From assembly GCF_009914755.1 (NCBI RefSeq), contig NC_060939.1: a stretch of DNA of 64,000 nt; one strand, 5' to 3'. Positions 20,780 to 34,935 of this stretch are shown here, piece after piece. Below the pieces are notes generated by a model. That model ran no database searches. It was not told the origin of the DNA and worked only from the letters and a program-made list of their open reading frames with translations. The DNA comes from the human T2T-CHM13v2.0 reference genome, Homo sapiens. A program made the translations under genes and the position numbers. Within the stretch, counting starts at the first letter, position 1, and each line of letters opens with the position of its first letter.

Positions 20780-20854
20780 GATTGATAAATACTGATTATT
20801 AATCTACAGCACAGTGTAGGATTGATAAATACTAATTATTAATCTACAGCACAG
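20780..20854. repeat. 40-bp-period tandem duplication
   Basis: GATTGATAAATACT(G/A)ATTATTAATCTACAGCACAG at 20780 and 20820. Confidence 0.9.
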
Positions 20855-21425
20855 ATTAGAAGGGTGATTAAGCCAGCGTCTAGTAGATTTGGGTTACACT
20901 CTCCTTTCTTCAATTTAGAAGCTGTATAACCTCGGGCAAGCTAATCTTTCAGTCTCCTCATCTGTAAAATGGAGTAATAAAAATATTTGTCATGATCAAG
21001 GGTTATAGTGATGTAATTCATGTAAAACATGTGGTGCCTGTAGATAATAAATACCGGATAAAGTGTCTCATGGTAGCTTTTGAAGTGAAACCTGGTATCT
21101 CATAATCAGGACAGGTGTTAAAAACCCCAGAGTAACAGTCTACAATAATTGAATCTCCTCAGTTAGGAGCTGTGTTAAAGTTGGAACAGAGCAGCATTGG
21201 AACATATGGGATGGTAATAATTGTGGAATTCTATTCACTGTTGTTAACTCCATATAAAAAGAAATTAAATCCAGCATGATTTCCGATTCCTGGAAAGTCT
21301 CTTTCCCTCCCTTTTCTTTATCTGTGATGTCAGAACGTTCCAAATACTGTATTTCAACATTTCAGGCCTGAAACTGATGGTGCCAGATTAATTGAGTAAT
21401 AAATAATAAGTATTCAAGTTTTTCC

Positions 21426-21526
21426 GCTCTGCAAATTTACTTTGGTTATTAAAAAATTTATTCTGCTCTGCAAATTTACTTTGGTTATTAAAAAATTTAT
21501 TCTGCTCTGCAAATTTACTTTGGTTA
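21426..21526. repeat. 39-bp perfect tandem repeat, 2.6 copies
   Basis: GCTCTGCAAATTTACTTTGGTTATTAAAAAATTTATTCT starts at 21426 and 21465, with a partial copy at 21504. Confidence 0.95.
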
Positions 21527-21531
21527 CAAGC

Positions 21532-21535
21532 AAAA
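21532..21535 (-). terminator. Pol III terminator (T4) of tRNA-Ser
   Basis: TTTT on the minus strand 14 nt downstream of the tRNA 3' end. Confidence 0.7.
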
Positions 21536-21549
21536 GTAAGCCATCAGAT

Positions 21550-21631
21550 CGACGAGGATGGGATTCGAACCCACGCGTGCAGAGCACAATGGATTAGCAG
21601 TCCATCGCCTTAACCACTCGGCCACCTCGTC
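21550..21631 (-). tRNA. tRNA-Ser (anticodon GCT), 82 nt, intronless, long variable arm
   Basis: Reverse complement is GACGAGGTGGCCGAGTGGTTAAGGCGATGGACTGCTAATCCATTGTGCTCTGCACGCGTGGGTTCGAATCCCATCCTCGTCG. Acceptor stem GACGAGG/CCTCGTC, A box TGGCCGAGTGG, B box GGTTCGAATCC, discriminator G. Confidence 0.98.
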
Positions 21632-21679
21632 CCGGTAAGTTACTGTTTCCTGATTGCTATAGGGAGTAATATCAAGGGG

Positions 21680-21985
21680 CTGTGACGCAATGTTATGGAA
21701 GCCGCCATTTTGTACGGAAGCCAAAGTCCAATCACTTCCATAGCAAGCAATCGAAAGAAGATGGCCGCTCCCACGATTGTGGGGGAGGTCTCCACTGGGG
21801 AGGGGCAGAGGAAATTCGGTCGAAAAAGAGATAAAGTTGAAGGAAATAAAATTGGCACGGAGTCTGGGAAAGTAGTTTCCCTAAAGGAGTCTTAGAAATA
21901 GGGTTGGTCTGGAACCTAAGGGGCGGAGCCGACGCGTAGAGCCGCTTTGCGCGTGCGCATCACCTAGGCGGTTAGATTTGAATAC
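21680..21985 (+). promoter_or_regulatory. KNL1: KNL1 TATA-less G2/M-type core promoter
   Basis: TGACGCAA (ATF/CEBP-like) 21683-21690. YY1 GCCGCCATTTTG 21701-21712 and AAGATGGCCGC 21758-21768. CCAAT 21728-21732, ATTGG 21851-21855. GC box 21920-21929. NRF1 TGCGCGTGCGCA 21948-21959. GGCGG/CGGTTA 21967-21974. CHR TTTGAA 21977-21982. Confidence 0.8.
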
Positions 21986-22117
21986 TTCACTGAGGCGAGC
22001 CGGGCGTTGTGAGCGGACTGCTAGAGGCGGCTGTCTGTTTCCGCTCTAAGGAAACTCAGAGCGTGTGGACCCCAAACAAGTCTGCGCAAAATTTGTCGAG
22101 GAGGTTTGCCGCGGCAG
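21975..22117 (+). other. KNL1: KNL1 exon 1 (non-coding 5'UTR; start approximate)
   Basis: Donor GGCAG|GTAAAG at 22117/22118, directly downstream of the CHR promoter. Splices to AAAAGTTTTCTTCAAAAATG of exon 2. Confidence 0.8.
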
Positions 22118-23361
22118 GTAAAGAGAATGACTCTTTCGTTCTGGGCTCCAGGGAAGGCTTCGGGTTTTGTCTGGGCGCCCTGAAGTTCCTGCGGTGGGAG
22201 GTAGGGTACGCTCCCTCAGCCTGGCGGCCTCCGTTAGCGCCGGGCCGAGTAGACGCCCCTGCCCCGGGCCGGGCACACTGTGCCCTTTTTCCCCTCCTCG
22301 GCCTGTACGTTGTGCCGCCTCCCGCTTCCCTAACACTTCTCCGCCTGCACCTCGGCCCCTCCGGCCACCCGGCTCGGGTTGCTTGTCCGTCGCTCTCTTG
22401 GCGTCCTCTTCCGCCCCGCCCTGCCGTCCTCTGTCAGGGCTCGCGGACTCTTCTTGCACCCCTGCCGCTCTTCCCTAGGGACCTCTCGGCTGTTTGTATT
22501 TCTCACTTAAGCTTTTTTTGGCTCTAAATGAAGTGACAGCAATGAGTGATTTTAAAATTCTCAGCTCTTCGTGGTTTAAGGTGTCTGCTCGGAGTGCTGG
22601 CCGCACGTAACAGATTTTTCGTTTTCTGCAAGTATAATAACCTTAACAAATGAAGTCAATATTAGTACTGCGCAAATTAGTTTTTAAAAATCCTCTTCTG
22701 TTCATTATTCCTCAGGATTTAAGCCCTTATTCTTCACGTTTATTTAAATACTCAAGTTTGAGGGAGGAAAAAGTATTGCCGATTGGAATTTTACAGATAG
22801 GTTTAATAGGCATTAACAGATAAAGGATGTGGATGAAGACCAAAGCAGAAGCTTATTCCAGTCTAGATATTAAAATTGATGTTTTCACTTCCGTCGAATC
22901 CTGTAGATATTTATTGGGTTCCTTATCCTGTGATAGGGCCGGGGACAGATGATTCCCAAACCTAGAGGGGTTTACAAAGGGAAATAACTAATATACACAA
23001 ATAACTAGAATACAAGACAGAATGTAAAAGATTATAGGACATTCTAAAGTGGTGTGGGAGCACGGAAAAGGGAGAGCTTATTTGATGCTTTTGGTGATGG
23101 ATTTGTGGAGAAGACCGCATTTGAGGTGGACGTTGGTTGGAGAGATGATTTACAGATGGGAGTTAATATGTGGTAAAATTTTGGTAATTAAAGGTTAGGG
23201 TCAAAGCAGTATAATTCTTGACTTTGCGAATGGCTGGAAATCTTTACAAGATGATAAATACATGTAAATTGAATTAAAATGTTTGGAATGGTAGTATTAA
23301 TGATGTGTTCGATGTTAAATAATAGACTGTAAAAGATACTGACTCTAGATATTGCCAGTAA

Positions 23362-23812
23362 AGCAGTGCTGTCCAACAGGGCTTCCTGTGAAAATGGTAA
23401 TGTTTTATATGTGCACTCCAACATACTACCCATTAGCGACATGGGACTATGGAGCACTTGAAATGTCATTATTGTGACCAAAGAACTGATTATTAAATTT
23501 TATTTTATTTTAATTAATTTAAATGTAAATAACTACTATATTGGACAGCACAGGTCTAGAGTCTCTGTCATTTCACTCTTATCCTCCTACAATCCCGGAA
23601 AATACTAACTCTAGATATCGGTCGTATAAATGTAGGAGTGGGCAAAGAGCCAGATAGTAAATATTTCAGGCTTTGCAGGCTACATGGTCTTTGTCACATA
23701 TTCTTTGTTTAGTTGTTATTGCTTGCCTTGTTTTCTACAATCCATTAAAAGGGTAAAAAAACACTCTTAGCTCAAAGGCTAATTGGGCTCAGTCGCTGTT
23801 TGAGGACCTACG
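23362..23812. mobile_element. MER3 and MER58A hAT elements
   Basis: MER3: gcagtgctgtccaac...tattggacagcac. MER58: gccagatagtaaatatttcaggctttgcaggc. Confidence 0.6.
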
Positions 23813-23990
23813 GATTATTTAGAGTAGTGGTTCCCAAATTTTCTTGATGCATGGCACCCTGAGATCAAAGAAATACCTAACAGTCTATTTATTGAGTACA
23901 GTGGTTGGGTCCAAACATTAAGTATATATGTCCCAAACTTAGTAGCCATTTAAAAAAATACAGAAATTGAAGGAAAATATGATATTTTAA

Positions 23991-24281
<291 letters not shown>

Positions 24282-24564
24282 TGAGCCACTGTGCCTGGCC
24301 AAAATTTTATTATTAAATAATCACACTTACTGATTGGATATCTGTGCCTGTTGGACACTGCACAACTTCTGAAACTTTGGAATCAGTTTATACCCTGTCA
24401 CCCTCATTTCCTGTAGTACTTTAATAAAAAATACTTGCTTTTGGGCCGGGCACGGTGGCTCACACCTGTAATCCCAGCACTTTGGGAGGCCGAGGCAGGC
24501 AGATCACCTGAGATCAGGAGTTTGAGACCAGCCTGACCAACATGCAGAAACTGCGTCTCTACTA

Positions 24565-24779
<215 letters not shown>

Positions 24780-24897
24780 TTATCTTTACAGTGATGTTAT
24801 TAAAACTAATGTAATGCAAATGTACTGTTTTGATCTAGTAGTTCACACAGTACCTGACAGGTGTTCAGAACTGCTGTGCATCTCTCAAAATTTTTAA

Positions 24898-25137
<240 letters not shown>

Positions 25138-26693
25138 TAGCTAATTTTTTTGCCCTGCTAATTTTTTTGTAATTTTAGTAGAGACAGAGGTTTCACCATG
25201 TTGTCCAGGCTGGTCTTGAACTCCTGGCCTCAAGTGATCCACCCACCTCGGCCTCCCAAAGTGCTGAGATTACAGGCTTGAGCCATCGCACCAGGCCCCG
25301 GGAACCAGTAACTTAATGTGTCAATAATCAAGAGTTTGGCCGTACCAGTGTTTTATAAATGAGGCTTAACTTGTGAGTCTGGAGTCTCCTATTTGTGTTG
25401 AAAGTGGAACTTAACAGTTACAGAATATTTTAAAAGGGGGACTTCAGTAAGTTTGAATTTTATCAGTTAATTGCTAACTGATTGGTCTACAGATTGGACA
25501 GGAATTATGCTTAATGACTGTTTTAAACAACAAAGATATTTAGGTGATCTTGAGTTGATAGTAGTTATTATCTGTGAATTTTGAACATGTGCACTGAATT
25601 TGAAAATATTTCCCCTGGGCGCGGTGGCTCACGCCTGTCATCCCAGCACTTTGGGAGGCCGAGGCGGGCAGATCACTAGGTGAAGAGTTCGAGACCAGCC
25701 TGACCAACATGGTGAAAACCCGTCTCTACTAAAAGTACAAAAATTAGCTGGGCGTGGTGGCAGGCGCCTGGAATCCCAGCTACTCTGGCGGGTGAGGCAG
25801 GAAGGAGAATCACTTGAACCCGGGATGGGGATGTTGTGGTGAGCTGAGATGGCACCATTGCTCTCCAGCCTGGGCAACAAGAGGGAAACTCCGTCTCAAA
25901 AAAAAAAAAAGAAAAAGAAAAAAAAAGAAAATATTTCCAAAGGAGAAAAAATATGCGAGTTGGTGGTCAAATAATTGTTTCTTAATTACTCATTCAGCAA
26001 ATGTTTATTGAGGCTGGGCCTGCTGGCTTATACCTGTAATCCCAACACTTTGGGAGCAGAGCTGGAAGGATTGCTTGAGGCCAGGAGCTCATGACAAGCC
26101 TGGGCAGCCTAGTAGACTCCAGCTCTACAAAAAATAAAAATAAAAAAATTAGCCAGGAATGGTGGCAGGTGCCTGTAACCCCAGCTCCTCAAGAGGCTTG
26201 AGGATTACTTGAGCCTAAGAGTTTGAGACTGCAGTAAGCCTAGATCACACCACTGCACTCCAGCCTGGACAACAGAGCAAGACCCTGTCTCCCTGCCCCC
26301 TCCGGCCCCCCAAAAAAAACAAAAAAATGAGTGGGTTGGGGATATTGGGGATATATATTGGAAATCGAATTAGATGTTGGATTGAATAGAAGTAAATGGC
26401 TGTCATACTTTTTGGATCTTGGAAAGTTTTCAAAGTTTAACTATTAAGTTGATCTTTCCTATTAGTTTTTTGAATATATACTGTTAACTTACCTTCTATT
26501 TCTCGTTTGCTGTATTAAAAAGAAATTTTTTTAAATTTGTTTTCGAGACAGGGTCTAGCTCTGTTGCCCAGGCTGGAGTCTAGTGGCGTGATCACGGCTC
26601 ACTGCACCACCTACCTTCCAGGCTCAAGCTATCCTCCTGCCTCACCCTCCCAAGTAGCTGGGACTACAGGCATGTGCTACCATACCTGGTTAA

Positions 26694-26831
<138 letters not shown>

Positions 26832-26956
26832 TGAAAAAAAAAAATTTTTTTAAACAACTATAGCTTTAAAAAAAGAGTATTTTTCAAAAAATTAGCTGAG
26901 CATGGTGGCGGGTGCCTATAGTCCCAGCTACTAGGGAGGCTACTTGGGAGGCATGA

Positions 26957-27427
<471 letters not shown>

Positions 27428-27515
27428 TGAGATGATTATATGATTTTTACCTTTTAATCTGTTAGTAAGGTAAATTGCAAGGTTGATTTTCTGATATTAA
27501 ACCGATTATGTATTC

Positions 27516-27696
27516 CTTTTTTTTTTTTTTTTTTTAAAGAGACGGGGTCTCCCTATGTTGCCCAGGCTGGAGTACAGTAGCTATTCACGGTTGCAATCAT
27601 AGTACACTGCAGCCTGGAACTCCAGGGTTCCAGAGATCCTCCTGCCTCAGCCTCCCAAGTAGCTGGGACTGCAGGCACATTGCCCCATATCTGCCC
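27516..27696 (-). mobile_element. FAM (fossil Alu monomer, 7SL-derived)
   Basis: Monomer retaining the 7SL/FAM-specific segment gctattcacggttgcaatcatag (7SL: GGCTATTCACAGGCGCGATC). Poly(T) tail at 27516-27535. Confidence 0.7.
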
Positions 27697-28748
27697 ACCC
27701 AATTTTGCATTTCTGCAATAAAACCAACATGACCGTGATATATTATCCTTCTTACAAATTGCTGGATTCTTTTTGCTGATATTTATTTGGGATTCCTTTT
27801 TTTTTTTTTTTTTGCAATGGAATCTCACTTTGTTGCCCAGGTTGGAGTGCAGTGGCCCCGTGTTGGCTCACTGTAACCTCTGTCCCCTGGGTTCAAGCAA
27901 TTCTCCTGCCTCAGCCTCCTTAGTAGCTGGGATTACAGGCACCCACCACCATGTCGACTAGTTTTTATATTTTTAGTAGAGACGGGGTTTCACCATGTTG
28001 GCCAGGCTGGTCTCAAACTCCTGACCTGAGGTGATCCATCCACCTTGGCCTCCCAAAGTGTTGGGATTACAGGCATGGGCCACCACGCCCGGCTATTTGG
28101 GATTTTTATACTTTTGAGAATGACATGTAATCTTTCCTTGGTGTGTGTGTATGTGTGTCTCAGAGGTGGTTGCAGGAAAGGAAGTTAAATTTTGATCTCC
28201 CATGGTGGGAAGACAGACAGTTTAATGGCTAAAACTAGAAAAATAGCTGGGCACAGTGGCTCATGCTTATAATCCCAGCACTTTGGAAGGCAGAGGCAGG
28301 TGGATCGAAGCACATCAAATATCTTTCAGGTACCTGTTTACTTATTGCTAAAAGCAAGAACATTGATCCTGTTTATGTGTATTGTATTAATTTAGTGTTG
28401 TGGTGGAAATGCTAATATGGTTGAGTCAAAATCTCTAGCTATTCTTTTTTGAAATCTGCAGTGGCATTTTTTTCTTATCCAAGGATGAGATTCTAAAGTT
28501 AATACATAAAGTGAAAATCAAATATAGGGAGGCAGGAACTGAGACCAGTTCAGGAAACTTCACGTTATGCCTCTAAGTTCATATTCTTTCCAGGGCAAAT
28601 ACTCACTGAGTGAAATTTAAAGCATTATCAGCTATGCTAATAAGGTGCTATTTTCATGTGTTAAATTTTTTTGCTGAGTACTTATCGTTGACTTTCCCTC
28701 AGATAAATATACATATGATGCAAATTCACTATATTTAGATATCTAATT

Positions 28749-29080
28749 CAGGTGTCCCCAACCCCCTGGGCCGTGGAACGGTATAGGTCCACTGCCTGGA
28801 TGGCACAGTGGGAGATCAGTAGCAGCCCAGCATTAGCGGCCTGAGCTCCGCCTTCTGTCGGATCAGCAGTGGCATTTGATTCTCACGGGAGCACAAACCC
28901 TGTTGTGAACTGCGCACACGAGGGATCTAGGTTGCGGGCTCCTTACGAGAGTCTAATGCCTGATGATCAGAGGTGGAACAGTTTCATCCCGAAACCATCC
29001 CCCATCACACCCTCCTGGTCTGTGGAAAAATAGTCTTCCATAAAACTGATCCCTGGTTTGGAAAAGGTTGGGGACCACTT
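28749..29080. mobile_element. MER1B (hAT-Charlie), full length
   Basis: TIRs caggtgtccccaacc / ggttggggaccact. Perfect 8-bp TSD ATCTAATT at 28741-28748 and 29081-29088. Confidence 0.88.
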
Positions 29081-29269
29081 ATCTAATTGATGTCAACTTT
29101 GGGAGTGGATTATTAAATAATCTGCAAACTCTTATAAGCTAGGCCAAATTTTTATTTGAACCAGTAAAGTCCCTAGCATCCTGATCAAAGTTAGTCACTG
29201 ATTTTTATCTTGAGTGTGATAATTTTCCAGGAATATTAATTATAATAGTGGTTTAAATTTATTAAAATG

Positions 29270-29871
<602 letters not shown>

Positions 29872-30190
29872 TGATTAGCTGGGATTACAGGCGCCCGCCA
29901 CCGCGCCCAGCTAATTTTTTTTTTTTTCTATTTTTAGTAGAGACGGGGTTTCACCGTGTTAGCCAAGATGGTCTCGATCTCCTGACCCCGTGATCTGCCC
30001 GCCTCGGCCTCCCAAAGTGCTGTATTTTTTTTTTTTTTTCAGTAGAGACGGGGTTTCACCGTGTTAGCCAGGATGGTCTCGATCTCCTGACCTTGTGATC
30101 CACCCGCCTCGGCCTCCCACAGTGCTGAGATTACAGGCATGAGCCACCGCGCCCGGCCAAAATGCATCGTTTTATATCTTCATAATGTAG

Positions 30191-30421
<231 letters not shown>

Positions 30422-30655
30422 TGATCTCAAACTTCTGACCTCAGGTGATCTGCCTGCCTCGGCCTCCCAAAGTGCTGGGATTACAGGCATGAGCCACTGC
30501 GCCCGGCCTTTCCTTCCCATCTTTGGTCTTCCCTCAGAAAGTAACCCTGAAGTCACCATCTGTACTCTTAATCTTTTCTTAGACTGTAGTTGCTCTTCCT
30601 TTTTCCTCATGTTTTCTAATATTGTATATTTGTTACAGAAAAGTTTTCTTCAAAA

Positions 30656-30690
30656 ATGGATGGGGTGTCTTCAGAGGCTAATGAAGAAAA
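30656..30690 (+). CDS. KNL1: KNL1 exon 2 coding part (exon 30639-30690), [11 protein letters not shown]
   Basis: Acceptor ttacag| at 30638, ATG in AAAATGG Kozak context, donor AA|GTAAGT. Confidence 0.95.
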
Positions 30691-30813
30691 GTAAGTTCAT
30701 TTAATGCAGCTAAAAATATTATATTCTATCAGAGAAAGATATTTTTCTAATTAGTAAGACCTATCCATAACTTCTGAGATCTTTTTCCATTGTGTTCCAA
30801 GAAAAAGTAGTAG

Positions 30814-31146
30814 TTTTTTTTTTTAAATTATACTTTAAGTTCTAGGGTACATGTGCACAACGTGCAGGTTTGTTACATATGTATACATGTGCCATGTTGG
30901 TTTGCTGCACCCATCAACTCATTTACATTAGGTATTTCTCCTAATGCTATCCCTCTCCCAGTCCCCCACCCCCTGGCAGGCCCCGGTGAGTGATGTTCCC
31001 CAACCCTGTGTCCAAGTGATCTCATTGTTCAATTTCCACCTACGAGTGAGAACATGCGGTGTTTGGTTTTCTGTCCTTGTGATAGTTTGCTGAGAATGAT
31101 GGTTTCCAGCTTCATCCATGTCCCTGCAAAGTACATGAACTCATCC
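30814..31146 (-). mobile_element. 5'-truncated L1PA 3' end
   Basis: attatactttaagttctagggtacatgtgcacaacgtgcagg...atgaactcatcc, with poly(T) and a degenerate aa(g)aa(g)tag TSD. Confidence 0.9.
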
Positions 31147-31349
31147 AAAAAGAAGTAGATGTTACAGACTCATAGCTTTCCTTGCCATTGCCATAACTTT
31201 GTATAAACTCATCTACTCTGGGCATGGTGGCTCACACCTGTAGTCCCGGCACTTTGAGAGGCTTAGGCCCAGTAACTTGAGACCAGCCTGAGCAACATAG
31301 TAAGACACCCCCGCCCCCCCATCTCTACAAAAAATAAATTTTTTTAAAT

Positions 31350-31824
31350 GGAGGGCTCTTGGCTTTACCAGCCAGGGAGGATGCTTGGCTTTGCCCAGGA
31401 AAGAATTCATGGGCTAGCCAGCGGTGTTAAACAGCACTTTTATTGAAGTGGCATAGCGTAAAGCAGCAGCACTGGTATAGCTCCTTGCAGAGCAGGGCTA
31501 CTCTGTAGGCAGTATGCCCAGAGTAGCAGCTCAGAGGCAGTTCTGCACTCATATTTATACCCATTTTTAATTATATGCAAATTAAGAGGTGTTTTATGCA
31601 GACATTTTTAGAATGAGGGTAGTAACTTCCAGCTTGTCAGGTCATTGCCATGGAAAGGGCAGGTAACTGCTGGGTTTTTGCCATAGCAATGGTAAACTGA
31701 CAAGGCACCCTGGTGGGAGTGTCTTGTGGGGAGGTGCTTTTGCCCCAGACCTGTTTTAGCTAGTCCTCAATTTGGTCCTGTGTCCAAGCCCCACCTGTGG
31801 AGTCAAGTTCTGCCTCCTACCTCA
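31350..31824 (-). mobile_element. ERV1 LTR, MER66-like
   Basis: Minus strand begins TGAGGTAGGAGGCAG...GGACCAAATTGAGGACTAGCTAAAACAGG. Confidence 0.6.
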
Positions 31825-31840
31825 AGACCCTGTCTCACAT

Positions 31841-31876
<36 letters not shown>
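31841..31876. repeat. (ATC)12 microsatellite
   Basis: Directly visible. Confidence 0.95.
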
Positions 31877-31917
31877 TCATCTAGGGTCAAATCTGAGAGG
31901 GACTTTAGATACTATCT

Positions 31918-32012
31918 CCTATCTCTTCAATTTAAGGATGAGAAAATTGAGAACCAGGAAAATTGAGAACCTATCTCTTCAATTTAAGGATGAGAAAATT
32001 GAGAACCAGGAA
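31918..32012. repeat. 52-bp-period tandem duplication within MIR-like sequence
   Basis: CCTATCTCTTCAATTTAAGGATGAGAAAATTGAGAACCAGGAA at 31918 and 31970. Confidence 0.9.
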
Positions 32013-32833
32013 GAAAAATGATTTGTCTAAAATTGACATCACAACCTGGTGGCTTGTTTGCAGCCTGCAGTCATAAGTTTTTGGCTTATACATAGTATTT
32101 TTTGATTGTTTCTTTTTAAGAGACTGTGTCTTGCTTTGTTGCCCAGGCTAGATTTGGACTCCTGGGCTCAAGTGATTCTCCTGCCACAGCCTCCTGAATA
32201 GCTGGAAGTATAGACATGGGCCACTGTGGCTGGCTTTGGCCTACACATATTTTTTAGTTTTTGAATTAGTTGCCAAAATTTTAAAATCTCAAAATTTTGT
32301 ACAATCGGGTTTTCAGCTTCTCTTGAAAAATCAAGCGTGGCAACACTGGGCTCCTATTCTTGTTTGGCAACAACTAACCACAGCAGAGGAATGACTGACC
32401 TTTAGGTGAGAGAGGAATTCTCTAGATTATTATAATCTCAACACTACCTATTTTTCTTGCTCCTAAAAAATTATCTGTTTAGCCTCATAGGCATTTGAAT
32501 TTTCAAAACCTGGTCTAAAAATCGTATAGTAGTAAAACCAAAGCTAGCGTCTCTTGACTTATAGCCCATTTATCTTATTATTATACCTCTATAAATATGG
32601 TAAATTATGTTGTACTGATAATTATTCAAGAGATAGTCTCGTAGTACACAATATGTATTTTAAAACACTGAATTCCTAACTGAATTTAAAGTCTTGTATA
32701 TAAATTTTGCTTGCCAGAGTGCTAAGAGAAAGTGATGACCAGTTTGAAAGCATGTAAGGGGTGCTGTGATGATGCCTTTTGTGAATTCATTTTTTTAAAT
32801 CACTGTGTATATAATTTTGTTTTCCTTTTTCAG

Positions 32834-32873
32834 TGACAATATAGAGAGACCTGTTAGAAGACGGCATTCTTCA
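32834..32873 (+). CDS. KNL1: KNL1 exon 3 (40 nt): (N)DNIERPVRRRHSS
   Basis: tttcag| acceptor, TCA|GTAAGA donor. Phases fit exons 2 and 4. Confidence 0.95.
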
Positions 32874-33339
32874 GTAAGAAAGACTTTCTTGAATTAATAA
32901 TTGTCAGCTTTTATTTAATGATAACCATATATCACAGTAGTTTTGACTGTGGCTTCACCATCCTACCCTTACTGGCTTCCTGTTGCTCTCTAGATAAAGA
33001 CTCAAATATTTAACGTGGTTATACAATTCTGTAAATATACCAAAATTCATACTTTATGAATTTTGTAGTAATTTTATGAATTTTATGCTATGTAAGTTAT
33101 ACTTCAATAAAGCTGTTTAAAAGATATGTTTAACCTGTGGTACAAAGCTGTTGCAAGAGACAGAAGACCTACCCAAACTGCTTTTGTGTTTTTGAGATAG
33201 AGTCTCGCTCTGTCGCCCAGGCTGGAGCGCAGTGGTGTGATCTCGGCTCACTGTAACCTCCGCCTCCTGGGTTCAAGCGATTCTCGTGTTTCAGCCACCT
33301 GAGTAGCTGGAATTACAAGCATGTACCACGTGTGGCTAA

Positions 33340-33483
<144 letters not shown>

Positions 33484-34116
33484 TAAGCACAAAATGTGTT
33501 GGGTTATGATACTAAAAAATCCAACGAAGGGATGGCTTTAGGTACACTTACTGACCAGAGATTCTAACCATGACACCAGTACTAGGATTTCCTTTTGCTT
33601 TTTCTACTCTTAGTGCTTCCTCTGGGTAATCTCCAGCAGATAGATTCTTTCCCTATAATTACTGTGGTACATCTAGCTCTTTTACTTCCAGGCCCAAGTC
33701 CTACGTGAAGAATAGTGTCTTTTTCCTGAAAACAGAAAAGACTCAGAATTGAATCATGTTAGCTTGATTATCCTGATATGGGTCAAGTCCTCATTCCTGA
33801 ACAAATCATCATTGACAAGAGAATATCAGATTGTTCTAGACAGAGCTATGTGTTTTACCCTAGAGTTGGTGTGGCATTCACTCAGACCATGTGGGATGAG
33901 AGCGGGTAGAATAATTGGAGAGGATGGGCAGGTAGAAGGGAATAGATGTCAGATATTTAAATCTGCCACACGGTATAGCATTGAGCAGAATGAATTTGAG
34001 GAGTTTCAGAGTTTTTAATGAAAATTTTAGCTTTCTACCTATGATATAACTTGAAATAAACTGATTCTTAATAGATATGCCAGATTTTTTTTGAATAATT
34101 CTAATTGTTACCCTAG

Positions 34117-34176
34117 ATATTGAAACCCCCAAGGAGTCCTCTTCAGGACCTCAGAGGTGGGAATGAAACAGTTCAG
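34117..34176 (+). CDS. KNL1: KNL1 exon 4 (60 nt): ILKPPRSPLQDLRGGNETVQ
   Basis: ccctag| acceptor, CAG|GTAAGT donor. Completes the SILK PP1-binding motif. Confidence 0.95.
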
Positions 34177-34504
34177 GTAAGTCTTTTGTGCAAATACTTT
34201 ATAGATGACTATTTTCAGTTATATTTTTAAGTCAAGAAGTTTATTAGCTATTTGAAGAGGAAATGTGTAAGCATCCCATGAGTTTCCAAACACTTGAATA
34301 TACTGGCATTCTTAATTTTTCATTTTTCTTCTTTTTTCTAGGAATGGCATCTCCCTCTCTTACCCAGGTTGGAGTGTAGTGGCACAATCATAAGTCCCTG
34401 CAGCCTTGCATTCCTGGGCTCAATCAATCTTCCCGCCTCAGCCTCCTGAGTAGCTGGGACTACGGCACATGCCATCATACTTAGCTATTTATTTATTTAT
34501 TTAG

Positions 34505-34615
<111 letters not shown>

Positions 34616-34935
34616 TAGGCCTACAGGAACATGCCACCATGCCCGGCTAATTTTTTATTTTTTATAGAGACAGGATTTCGCCATGTTGCCCCACGCTGGT
34701 CTTGAACTCCTGGGCTCAAGTAATCCACCCACCTTGGTCTTCCAAAGTGCTGGCATTACAGGCGTGAGCCACTGTACCCAGCCCTTAAAAAATTTTTGTT
34801 TTTAGTATAGACAGGGTCTTGCTATGTTGGCTGGGCTGGTTTTGAACTTCTGGGCTCAAGTGATCCTCTTGCCTGGGCCTCCCAAAGTGTGGGTATTATA
34901 GGCATGAGCCATCGTGCTGGGCCTTTCTTTTTTCA

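Larger units (their letters stand above)
21550..22620. promoter_or_regulatory. CpG island spanning the tRNA, KNL1 promoter, exon 1 and start of intron 1
   Basis: Dense CpG and high GC content in non-Alu sequence, in contrast to the AT-rich flanks. Confidence 0.85.

Noticed and set aside
22009-22527. 100-170 aa ORFs on both strands in the CpG island
   Set aside because: GC-rich sequence is poor in stop codons. The ORFs use non-ATG starts, cross the exon 1 donor and show no recognisable domain.
27516-27696. Possible 7SL RNA gene
   Set aside because: It lacks most of the S domain. It is a diverged FAM monomer with a poly(A) tail.
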